A DNA stretch of 64,000 bases from Planctomycetota bacterium (GTDB taxonomy: Bacteria > Planctomycetota > UBA1135). Position 1 is the first letter of the stretch; each line of letters opens with the position of its first letter. Both the position numbers and the translations under genes were made by a program. Shown here piece by piece: positions 38,829-47,624 of the stretch. The DNA is taken from NCBI GenBank assembly GCA_045047305.1, contig JASFYO010000021.1, positions 32,001-96,000 of the forward strand. The letters are read 5' to 3'. Under the pieces are notes generated by a model. It ran no database searches and was not told the DNA's origin. It worked only from the letters and a program-made list of their open reading frames with translations.

Positions 38829-39770
38829 CTACTTAGCCAAGAGGCCTTTTTCGACCAAGGTTTCGAGGTCGGCGCGGATGGCTTCGGCGGAGGCATTTAA
38901 CTTGGCTTGTCCGGCATCATCGAGATCTAGCTCCACAACGCGTTCGACGCCGTTCTTGCCAAGGACGCAGGGCACACCAAGATAGATGTCGGATTGACCG
39001 TATTGCCCATCAAGATTGGCGGCGCAAGGCAGCAAGCGATGCTCATCGCGGATAATGGCCTTCGCCATAGCCACCGCGGCAGCCGACGGAGCGTAGAAAG
39101 CTGATCCGGTCTTCAATAAGTTCACAATTTCCGCGCCACCGTGCTGAGTGCGCGTGTTGATGGCCTCGATCTCCGACTCTGGTAACAAGGCTGTGATGGA
39201 GACTCCATCGACTGTGGAAAATTGAGGAACAGGAACCATGGAATCGCCGTGGCCACCGAGAACCATGCAACGCGTGTCCTTGATACCACCGCCGTTCTTC
39301 TCGGCAATAAAGAACGCCATACGAGCGGAATCCAAAACCCCTGCCATGCCTACTACGCGGCTCTTCTCAAACCCAAGTGAGGCCGACATCAGGTACACCA
39401 TGGTGTCGAGTGGATTTGAGACCACAATGACACAAGCTTCAGGTGAGCCAGCCTTAATGTAATCCGCAACCGCATTCACAATCTTACCGTTGGTTTCCAG
39501 TAAGTCTGAGCGATCCATGCCAGGCTTGCGCGGAAGGCCAGCCGTCATGATGAACACATCGGACCCGTAGGTGTCCTTCGGGTCATTGGTGCCAGTGACG
39601 AGAGCTTGGTAGCCCTCAACCGCAGCAGCTTGATTGATATCTAGAGCGATGCCCTGGGGACGTCCATCAAGGACGTCAATGAGAACAATGTTCTCGGCAA
39701 CTTCCTGCTCGGCTAAACGCTGAGCACAGGTCATGCCGACGAATCCGGCTCCAACAACGGTGACTTTCAT
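38829..39770 (-). CDS. mdh: Malate dehydrogenase (LDH-like)
   Basis: GAGFVG, TAGLPRKPGMDRSDL, SNPLD, LDSAR, GGHGD, GSAFYAP. Confidence 0.96.
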   Translation of the reverse strand: MKVTVVGAGFVGMTCAQRLAEQEVAENIVLIDVLDGRPQGIALDINQAAAVEGYQALVTGTNDPKDTYGSDVFIMTAGLPRKPGMDRSDLLETNGKIVNAVADYIKAGSPEACVIVVSNPLDTMVYLMSASLGFEKSRVVGMAGVLDSARMAFFIAEKNGGGIKDTRCMVLGGHGDSMVPVPQFSTVDGVSITALLPESEIEAINTRTQHGGAEIVNLLKTGSAFYAPSAAAVAMAKAIIRDEHRLLPCAANLDGQYGQSDIYLGVPCVLGKNGVERVVELDLDDAGQAKLNASAEAIRADLETLVEKGLLAK

Positions 39771-39877
39771 GGTTTTTCCTTGGTATGGCAGTCCCTAGGG
39801 GAAAGAAACTGCGTAGCGGGGCGGAATTCTAACGTTGCGCTGCCCCTAAACCGTGCCGATGTAGACGGAATACCTGC

Positions 39878-40891
39878 CTATTTTGAATTCTTCGACCACC
39901 AATCGGTCCACCTTGCACTGGCTTTTTGGCGATCCTTTTCACTAGCCTTAGAATCATAGCCAACATCTTCTTTGGTGATCTTGACCAGAGCTGCATTGGC
40001 TTCTTTACGCACGAAGGCAAAATCATCCTCCAGTGATTGAATCAGGGTAGGAACGGATTCCATAGCATTCCAGTTGCCTAAGGTATTGGCAGCGTAGAAA
40101 CGGTTCATTTCATAATTGTCATCGAGCAAAGCCTCCACGTAAGGGATTAAAGCTGGGTCATCGAATTTGCTGATTTTCTCAATGGCCGATACGCGTTTAA
40201 GGGGATCATTGTCCTTCATTTGCTCCAGCAGAGCTTTGACATCAGAAGAGAACCCACTGCTTTGCACTGGCGCGGCAGTAGCAACCACAACTTTGCGTTC
40301 CAGCTCGGCAATACTGTCGCGGAGGAATTCTTGGCCGGTACGGACGTCACGCAGGCCATCTTCCGAAACTTGAACCTGAGCCTGAAGGCTGCGCACGCTT
40401 TGCTGCAAAGTAGCCTGACCATCGGCCAAACCTTCTAGTTGGTCCACCTGAGCGGAAAGTCCTTCGACCTTGCGATCAACGCCACCAATCATGGTAATGG
40501 CTGCCGTAATCCCATCCTGCATGTTCTGATCCAAGATCCCAACCTGATCGGAAACACGGTTTAAGGATGCCCCCTGCTTAGTTTGGCTTTCCCCCAAACT
40601 CTGATGCAAAGTCATCACCGCATCATTCACTTGAGCGGTGCTTTCAATACGTACCTTATCTAGATCCAGGTAGAGAAACACACAAGCAGCGCAGGCAATC
40701 AGTGCAATGAAGGTGGGGAAAAAATTACTTCCACCAGTTTTCTCGGCACCGCTGTTCTTTTGGGCCATGGAAATGGCATCACAGCAGGTGGGGCAAATTA
40801 CACGGCCGCCATGGCGTACCGCTTCTCCTCCCTCAAGCCGAGAAAGGGGAACAGATTGGTCACAAATGTTACAGAAGAAGAGATCGGTCAT
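39878..40891 (-). CDS. Bitopic protein: Cys4 zinc finger, TM, coiled coil and HEAT repeats
   Basis: CNIC...CPTC; TM FIALIACAACVFLYL; heptad region; HEAT-like repeats (LLDDNYEMNRFYAANTLG, LEDDFAFVRKEANAAL). Confidence 0.85.
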   Translation of the reverse strand: MTDLFFCNICDQSVPLSRLEGGEAVRHGGRVICPTCCDAISMAQKNSGAEKTGGSNFFPTFIALIACAACVFLYLDLDKVRIESTAQVNDAVMTLHQSLGESQTKQGASLNRVSDQVGILDQNMQDGITAAITMIGGVDRKVEGLSAQVDQLEGLADGQATLQQSVRSLQAQVQVSEDGLRDVRTGQEFLRDSIAELERKVVVATAAPVQSSGFSSDVKALLEQMKDNDPLKRVSAIEKISKFDDPALIPYVEALLDDNYEMNRFYAANTLGNWNAMESVPTLIQSLEDDFAFVRKEANAALVKITKEDVGYDSKASEKDRQKASARWTDWWSKNSK

Positions 40892-42795
40892 CGGTGTGAA
40901 AGGTTGCGCAGGACGAAAGCTATGGACAGCAGAAACAGACCTGCCCACAGAAGTCTAGGACGAAACACTGCTGTGGTAAGCACGTTTCGATGGTTTTCCA
41001 GCCAAGAAATCCAAAGTTTTGGCGGAACCCCAAATTCCGGAGAGGTTAAGGCTGCTGCAGTCCAGTGAGTACCATTTTCGAACCAAACCTCCACTGGCTT
41101 GAGTGGTGAGGCAAAAGGGACCTGCCATATCAAGGGGGAGCTGGCCTCAACCAGATGTACCTCGAGCAAAGCATGGTCCTGGAAACAGCGTGGAGCTTGG
41201 GGGGAATCCTGCACCAGGAAGCGCCCACTAACCCAACCACTGTGCCCTGGAGAGTGAAATTGGGCCTGAATCGGCCCCAGCAGTTGTTGATGTCGGGGGG
41301 AGTAGGTGTCCGCTAAACCTATGAGAAGGCCAGCTCCCACACGTCGGACGGCAAGGTACGCCTGTTCCATGGAGTCTTGCATCAGGCCTTCTGCGCCGCT
41401 GGCAAACGCCCATGCCGGATGCTCGACTTCTGGCTGCCAACTGTCTGGTAAGGGAAAGGAGCTTGGATGCAAGGGAAGAACCGGGGCTAATCCCCCATTC
41501 TGGAGCTCCCCAAGGACTTGATTAAGGCGGTCTTGAATCTCGCCTTGCAGTAAAACCTCGCCGAGCCCGGCTAAGAAGTCCCACTCCGCATCGGGCCCGG
41601 TAGGAAGGCAAAAGACTCGAACTTCTGGCAGCGTTTGTTGCAGAAACGATTCCCAGTTCAAATCAGGCGTTCCAGCAGCACCATCGGATAATATTAATAA
41701 GGCATGGGAACCTTGCAGCTTGGGCGCTAAGGATTGGAGTGCCTCGGCGAGATGAGTTGGGCCGAAAGCGGAAAGTTGATCCAGTTGGGTTGCGGCCTCG
41801 GCAGTCGATAAAGAAATAGTGTCGAGTAAAGATTGTTGAAAAGGAACAACGTAAATTGGCCCCACATTCCAAGAAGATCGAAGTTGGGCGAGTGCAGCTC
41901 GGGCTTCTTCCAATCCACGGCCTTCCATACTCCCGGAAACATCAAGCAAAACCCAAAGCGGCTTGGTTTCTGTTTCAGGCTTGGATTCAAAAAGTTTCAA
42001 GTCTGCAGGTAAATTTTTCCAACTGAGGAAATCGGCGGAAGCAACGACCAAAACTTCACCTTGGGCAAGCCGGCGGCGTATGACATCGACGGCAGTGTTG
42101 CTTGGAATCAAATTGAGCTCTTCCCTCCCCTGGGCAAGAATCCGTAACGAGGTTGTGGCTTGGCCTCCTGCTTCCGTCCAACGCAATTGCAAACGTAGGG
42201 TTTGCGTTGGCGTTTGTGCGCAACTCAAATGCAAAGCGAACCAAGCATCGCCTTGATTCAGAATTTCAAGCGCAGTAATTTGATGGCTAGCATCAAGGAA
42301 ATCCAATTTGCCTGAAGCTAGATCTGCATTCTGCATACGCACACGTATCCAGACATCCCCCTGCGCAGGCCAGGTACTTGGAGCCAGAATCTGGTGAAAC
42401 TGTGGTTGCGCTAACGGAGGGACCCACAGAACCTCTATTCCAGCCCAGCTTTCTGGGTCAGAGAAAGCCGACAGCGCGCGGCCATCAGTGCGTACAATCA
42501 AGCGATCGGGCGGCGAAAGTTTTTCACGCATCTGGCGCAAGGCTTCAGCGAGATCCGTGGTTGCAATGCCGTGGGGGTTCGGAAAGGAAAGCACCCGCTG
42601 TTTCCTCACTGCCAATTTCCACTCATCCAAATTCAATCCGGATTGTTCAAGCCAGGTTTCCAAATCAGGCTCTAAACCCATGCTCGGACTGCGATCGAGC
42701 AGAATCCAGGTATCACCGCTGCGCAAATGGCCGGGCCAAATCGACCCAATCCAAAGGATGAGTGCGGCGACGAAAAGCAAGTGGGGAAACTTCAA
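40888..42795 (-). CDS. VWA-domain envelope protein
   Basis: Two MIDAS-like motifs (LLDRSPSM with TDG; LLDVSGSM with T and LSDG); hydrophobic N- and C-termini; TTG start overlapping the mnmA stop. Confidence 0.82.
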   Translation of the reverse strand: MKFPHLLFVAALILWIGSIWPGHLRSGDTWILLDRSPSMGLEPDLETWLEQSGLNLDEWKLAVRKQRVLSFPNPHGIATTDLAEALRQMREKLSPPDRLIVRTDGRALSAFSDPESWAGIEVLWVPPLAQPQFHQILAPSTWPAQGDVWIRVRMQNADLASGKLDFLDASHQITALEILNQGDAWFALHLSCAQTPTQTLRLQLRWTEAGGQATTSLRILAQGREELNLIPSNTAVDVIRRRLAQGEVLVVASADFLSWKNLPADLKLFESKPETETKPLWVLLDVSGSMEGRGLEEARAALAQLRSSWNVGPIYVVPFQQSLLDTISLSTAEAATQLDQLSAFGPTHLAEALQSLAPKLQGSHALLILSDGAAGTPDLNWESFLQQTLPEVRVFCLPTGPDAEWDFLAGLGEVLLQGEIQDRLNQVLGELQNGGLAPVLPLHPSSFPLPDSWQPEVEHPAWAFASGAEGLMQDSMEQAYLAVRRVGAGLLIGLADTYSPRHQQLLGPIQAQFHSPGHSGWVSGRFLVQDSPQAPRCFQDHALLEVHLVEASSPLIWQVPFASPLKPVEVWFENGTHWTAAALTSPEFGVPPKLWISWLENHRNVLTTAVFRPRLLWAGLFLLSIAFVLRNLSHR

Positions 42796-43895
42796 ACGGC
42801 GAGACTTGACGTGAGTTGGGTTTCAGACACCCATCCCCCACCAAGAAGTCGCTCCTCGCGGTAGACGGCCAGCCCTTGCCCAGGGTTCACACTAGCAGCC
42901 TGCGCATGGAAACTCACTTGAATCTTGTCGTTGGCAAGCCGTTTTACATCGGCTGGAATGCCACCAGGGGTGCTACGGAATTGGACCGTTACATGCTCCC
43001 AGACGTCGCCAGGTTGAAAACTGCAGCCAAAAGTATGAAAGGCATCGACCAGGACTCCGGTACAGCCAGTTTCCGAACGAGTACCTACCAGTACATCGCC
43101 GTTGTTTGGATTGATGTCGAGCACGTACATGGCCTCGGTAGAAGCAAAACCTAGACCGCGACGTTGGCCCCGAGTGAAGCCAGCGTGGCCCTCATGTTGC
43201 GCCAACACCTTCCCGCTCTGATCCACAATGCGCCCAGGGATTCCGAGTCCGCCTCGACTGCGCAACAAATCACGGTAATCGCCGCTGGGGACAAAGCAGA
43301 TTTCGACACTGTCGGGTTTGCCAAAAACAGGCAATCCTGCGGCTTCGGCGAGGGCTCGTGTTTTGGATTTCTGCAGGGCTCCGACAGGCAAAAGAGTACG
43401 TGCCAGGCGGTCTTCTGGTAACGGGAAGAGAACATAAGACTGATCCTTTTTGGGATCAAGCCCGCGGTGCAGTTGCGGGCCATCTTCTCCGATGCGGACT
43501 TGGGCATAATGGCCAGTTGCTAAATAGTCGGCGCCAAGAGCGTCGGCCATTTTCCATAATGCGCCAAACTTGATATCCCGATTACAACGAATGCAAGGAT
43601 TTGGGGTATGCCCCTGCAAGTAGGAATCCACGAAGTAATCCATGATGCCCGCGAACTCCACCTCCATGTCAACCGCGTGATATGGAATGCCTAACTTATC
43701 TGCCACCAAAGCAGCATCGCGCGAATCTTCCACCGAGCAACAACCTTGCTTGGTGGATTTCATGTTGGCAGGTTTATCCACGCCGTTGCGCAGGAACACG
43801 CCAATGACGTCGTAGCCCTGCTGCTGAAGCAAAAGGGCGGCAACACTGGAATCGACTCCTCCAGAAAGGGCTACTAGGACACGGGGTTTTGACAT
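42792..43895 (-). CDS. mnmA: tRNA-specific 2-thiouridylase
   Basis: SGGVDSSV, GCC, TPNPC..CN, ATGHYA, KDQSY, SVEICF, GQRRG, PGQ. Confidence 0.97.
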   Translation of the reverse strand: MSKPRVLVALSGGVDSSVAALLLQQQGYDVIGVFLRNGVDKPANMKSTKQGCCSVEDSRDAALVADKLGIPYHAVDMEVEFAGIMDYFVDSYLQGHTPNPCIRCNRDIKFGALWKMADALGADYLATGHYAQVRIGEDGPQLHRGLDPKKDQSYVLFPLPEDRLARTLLPVGALQKSKTRALAEAAGLPVFGKPDSVEICFVPSGDYRDLLRSRGGLGIPGRIVDQSGKVLAQHEGHAGFTRGQRRGLGFASTEAMYVLDINPNNGDVLVGTRSETGCTGVLVDAFHTFGCSFQPGDVWEHVTVQFRSTPGGIPADVKRLANDKIQVSFHAQAASVNPGQGLAVYREERLLGGGWVSETQLTSSLAV

Positions 43896-43945
43896 GGTTC
43901 CGTGGTGTAGAATACCCGGTCCGTGGGCCTAGGCCCCCAATAGAA

Positions 43946-44395
43946 ATGGAACACTCCCTTTTAATTCTCACCACTCAGGAAGGCCAACGCTCGGCCGTTA
44001 CCTTCCAAGATGGCCAGGCAGCGCAACCTGCCGCAGGCGACCTCGCAGCGACTACGGTTCAAGATGGAACCTCAGGGTCGGGCCCAGTAGAAGAAGCAGG
44101 AGCTGGGTCCAGCTTCTGGATTATGCTGGTGCTGCTGTTTGGCTTTATGTGGTTTGTGGTCATCCGCCCAGAAAACAAGCGTCAGAAAAAGCGCAAATCT
44201 TTTCAGAGTGAATTGAAGAAGGGTGACGACGTCGTGACTGCAGGTGGGCTGCATGGAACCATTGCCGCGATGGATGAAAACACCATCACTTTGAAGGTGA
44301 GTGACCAATTGCGTCTGAAGTTTGACCGTGTCGCTGTCAGTCGTAACGCGTCTGCTGAAGCAGATGCAGCTGCAGACAAGATTGATAAGAAGTAA
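43946..44395 (+). CDS. yajC: Preprotein translocase subunit YajC
   Basis: FMWFVVIRP...QKK....LKKGDDVVTAGGLHGTI...KFDRVAV. Confidence 0.93.
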   Translation: MEHSLLILTTQEGQRSAVTFQDGQAAQPAAGDLAATTVQDGTSGSGPVEEAGAGSSFWIMLVLLFGFMWFVVIRPENKRQKKRKSFQSELKKGDDVVTAGGLHGTIAAMDENTITLKVSDQLRLKFDRVAVSRNASAEADAAADKIDKK

Positions 44396-44421
44396 AACGT
44401 GGGGGTGGCAGCCCGTTTGGG

Positions 44422-44787
44422 ATGCCCTCTAAACGTCAAATCGCAGGAATGAAGGCCGAGGCTTATGCCGCGGTAAATTTGGAGAACCTCGGCTGGGAGT
44501 TGCTAGCAAAGAATCTACGCACTCCCTATGCCGAGGTTGATTTATTCATGCTCTCCCCGTCGGGGCAACCGGTTGTGGTGGAGGTCAAAGCTAGGAGCAC
44601 TGGGAGCTGGGTTGAAGGCGAAGACTGCCTTGGTGCGCAGCAACGGTCCCGTTTATTCCGTGCGGCTGAATGGCTGTCGCAACAACGCCATGAACAGCAA
44701 ATGATTCGTGTGGATCTAGTCCTTGTCGAGCTGATTGGTGGGAATCCTGTCCACTGGAGCCTGCTTCAAGAAATCGGCTTGAACTAA
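44422..44787 (+). CDS. YraN family PD-(D/E)xK protein
   Basis: G..AE..A...L...G..LL..N.R....EVDL......VVVEVKAR. Confidence 0.88.
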   Translation: MPSKRQIAGMKAEAYAAVNLENLGWELLAKNLRTPYAEVDLFMLSPSGQPVVVEVKARSTGSWVEGEDCLGAQQRSRLFRAAEWLSQQRHEQQMIRVDLVLVELIGGNPVHWSLLQEIGLN

Positions 44788-46482
44788 AATCGAGACCAAA
44801 TTCCTCACCCCTAGTGGCTCCATGGGTGCCAACTTCTTTTTCTTACAAAGGTCGATGGCCAATTGGGTGAACTCTTCAGGCGATTGCGTATCCCATTGCG
44901 ATAAAGGAGGCCAGCCTTGTTCTTCAGCCAGATCCAACAAATCCAAAAGAATCTGCCTGTATGGCAAGAAATAAGGATCGCTAGGATTCTGTCCACGTTC
45001 TAAGATTTCCGCGAAAACCCAATATGGAATCCGGCCAGAACTTAAGGCACGAAGTTGAGCTCGATATTCCAGCCACAAAATTGGATTTCCGTAACGCTGA
45101 CGTGACGCGAGCATGGACGGAAGAAGCTTAGCTACTGGCAACCCGAAATCTAACCAATTCAGAATTTCAGTGAAATGGCCGCTTTCATGCAGACAAAGAT
45201 GGAATAGTTCCAGTTCTGCTACCGAGAAGTCAGAATCCTTAAGGAAACGGCTGCGCAGTCTTTGCGCAAGTCCCAGCGACTCTAAGCGCCCCTTTGCAAC
45301 AGCAGGATTGTTCGATGGGTGGAAACGTTGTAACCGGCGCTCCAACCTTTTTGCGCCCCGCGCAACGCTGTCGCGTAAAACATAGAATCCGCGGAAAACG
45401 GTGCCGCCTTGTGCTGGCCTGCCAGAAGTAGAAGTAACCCTATTTGCGAAAATGATTTCTACAGCTTCCTTGTGCCCTGGCCACCGCAAAAGGAAAGACT
45501 GCGTGTCTTGCAATAGATGAATTTCATTACCGCGTCCCCAAGCGCTACCTGCCAACAAAACCCTACCGGCATCAGCCCATTCTTGAGCTACTGGCCCTGA
45601 AAAAGACTCTGGTTTTAGCAACCGTGCAACACCAGCGACTGCATATTCCTCATGCGCAGCCCAGCCAGAAGGCGCATGGACTGACTCAAGCCAAGTATCA
45701 AGCCGTTTTAGAGTTGCTCTTAAATCATCTTTGCCACACCAGGGCCATTCTGCAACCAAGCGTAGAAAAGCTAAGTCAATAGCCTCTTCGGGCGCCAAAT
45801 CACCATTTTGGCCTTGGCGCAATGCTAGTTCGGCAATACCTCGTGCTTGCCGTGGGACATCACCTGCTTGATTAGCCAGGGATAGATATTCGGATAAAGT
45901 GGAGTTCATACCATGCGGAAATGCATCGGCCTCCAGCATTAACAGTGCTGCTTCGGTTTCCCCCTGTTGCGCCAATTGTCTTGCCTGAAGAATATGTTGA
46001 TAAGCGAGTGGCAGGCTTGGAGGTAGTGGAATAAGCAACCAGCGACCGGCCTGATACCAATCACCTAACTGTTGCGCCGTCGCTATAGCGCCAAACCGAA
46101 TCCATGGATGGGTTGGATAGAGTCGAAGAAGATCATGGAATTGTTTCCGGCGCACGATGGGGTCCTCCACAATGCGAGTTGCCAAATAAGACAAATCCGG
46201 GTGTTGGGGCCATTCCGCTTGCCATGCATCAAGCTCCTCCAAGACTGTGACCAACTCACCTTGCCGCAACCGTAAATCTTGACGTATACGTTCCGCCTCA
46301 ATACTTCCACTTTGCGACCAACGAAAGGGCTCTAATTCTTCGAGAGCTAATTCATCAAGCCCGCTGGCTACCAAGGAGCGGATTTCGGTTAAATCTGGAG
46401 GGGCAGTGACCGGGTGAAAAGTTGGAACATTGCTGCATGAGCCTAAGCCTAAACCGAAGAGTAGCGCAAGCAGACGTTTCAT
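44716..46482 (-). CDS. Lipoprotein with TPR-like region and a putative C-terminal zinc metallopeptidase motif
   Basis: MKRLL...LGSC lipobox; HESGH at 45175-45189 and a downstream EYRAQ; ATGA overlap with the ribD stop. Confidence 0.75.
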   Translation of the reverse strand: MKRLLALLFGLGLGSCSNVPTFHPVTAPPDLTEIRSLVASGLDELALEELEPFRWSQSGSIEAERIRQDLRLRQGELVTVLEELDAWQAEWPQHPDLSYLATRIVEDPIVRRKQFHDLLRLYPTHPWIRFGAIATAQQLGDWYQAGRWLLIPLPPSLPLAYQHILQARQLAQQGETEAALLMLEADAFPHGMNSTLSEYLSLANQAGDVPRQARGIAELALRQGQNGDLAPEEAIDLAFLRLVAEWPWCGKDDLRATLKRLDTWLESVHAPSGWAAHEEYAVAGVARLLKPESFSGPVAQEWADAGRVLLAGSAWGRGNEIHLLQDTQSFLLRWPGHKEAVEIIFANRVTSTSGRPAQGGTVFRGFYVLRDSVARGAKRLERRLQRFHPSNNPAVAKGRLESLGLAQRLRSRFLKDSDFSVAELELFHLCLHESGHFTEILNWLDFGLPVAKLLPSMLASRQRYGNPILWLEYRAQLRALSSGRIPYWVFAEILERGQNPSDPYFLPYRQILLDLLDLAEEQGWPPLSQWDTQSPEEFTQLAIDLCKKKKLAPMEPLGVRNLVSILVQADFLKQAPVDRIPTNQLDKD

Positions 46483-47624
46483 GCAGAGGACTGTAACAAG
46501 AATGCGCGCCGCAAATCTTGCCCGAGGTCTTTGCGTTCTTCTTCCTCTAAATGCACACCATCTTGCGGTTTTGATACTCCGTTGGCTTCGCATGCTCCGA
46601 GCCCACCAAACATGAGCAGTGGCGCTTCATAACGAACTAAGGCATGCGCGAGATTGGCCTCGATTAAGGCTCCATGCAAATGCGCTCCACCTTCGACCAA
46701 AATCCTTTGACAGCCGTGCAATTTACGACATTGAATCAATGCGGCATTCAGGTCCAATTTCCCGTCAGCTAGAGATGGAACCTCCACCAAGGCATCGGGC
46801 TCACTCCACCAACTAGGCAGAGTGCGTTGTTTCTGCTTCTTTTCCAGCCAAATCCGAGGTGTTGCATCCTGCAACACTGGGTGTTCTGAATCCATGTCGT
46901 TCAGACATCCAAGAAGGATACGTGCACAGGTCGAATGGATCTGTTCCTCTTCTATGCGTGCAGTGAGGCGCGGGCGGTCCGTAAACACGGTTCCCCTGCC
47001 GGCCATCACCGCGTGACTCAATCCACGCAACTGATGTACCTCATGACGGGCCTCTGTCCCGGTAATCCACTGGCTGGTACCACTTGGTGTTGCCGTGCGA
47101 CCATCCACCGAGGAAGCCCATTTTAATAACATCCAGGGGTGCTGGGGAGATTCTAGGCTGGCAAGAAAGGCCTGGTTCATGGAGTTAAATTGCGCCCCTA
47201 AGCCCAACTCTACAATCTCGATCCCATGAGCCCTTAGTTTCGGATAGGCCGCACCCTGATGGCGTGGGTTAGGATCGGTGGCGCCCACCACCAAGCGTTG
47301 AATCCCGGCTTGCAAAAGAAAATCCGCGCAAGCTGGCCGTTTCTTTTCTTGTCCACGGAACGAACACGGCTCAAGCGTGACGACGATTTCGTCGACGACA
47401 CCGGGTAACATTTTTTTTTCGCCAACGTCCCAAGCACCGGCATCCTTCAGGGCGCGTTCTTCTGCATGGGCACCTCCGAATGCAGAGTAATAACCATAGC
47501 CAATGACGTGCCCATCTTTTAGCGCCAATGCGCCTACGCGTGGATTCGGCGCAGTAAATAACCAGCCTGCCTTTGCCGCCTCAAAGAAGGCTCGTTGCAT
47601 GAGGGCAGTATCTCGCGAGTTCAA
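46479..47624 (-). CDS. ribD: Riboflavin biosynthesis deaminase/reductase
   Basis: PNPRVG, HAE, TLEPC...PAC, KWASSVDG, SQWIT, VEGG. Confidence 0.95.
   Translation of the reverse strand: MNSRDTALMQRAFFEAAKAGWLFTAPNPRVGALALKDGHVIGYGYYSAFGGAHAEERALKDAGAWDVGEKKMLPGVVDEIVVTLEPCSFRGQEKKRPACADFLLQAGIQRLVVGATDPNPRHQGAAYPKLRAHGIEIVELGLGAQFNSMNQAFLASLESPQHPWMLLKWASSVDGRTATPSGTSQWITGTEARHEVHQLRGLSHAVMAGRGTVFTDRPRLTARIEEEQIHSTCARILLGCLNDMDSEHPVLQDATPRIWLEKKQKQRTLPSWWSEPDALVEVPSLADGKLDLNAALIQCRKLHGCQRILVEGGAHLHGALIEANLAHALVRYEAPLLMFGGLGACEANGVSKPQDGVHLEEEERKDLGQDLRRAFLLQSSA

Noticed and set aside
43889..43913. TTGACA...TAGAAT as a full sigma-70 promoter for yajC
   Set aside because: The spacer is only 13 nt and TTGACA overlaps the mnmA start codons; only the -10 is retained
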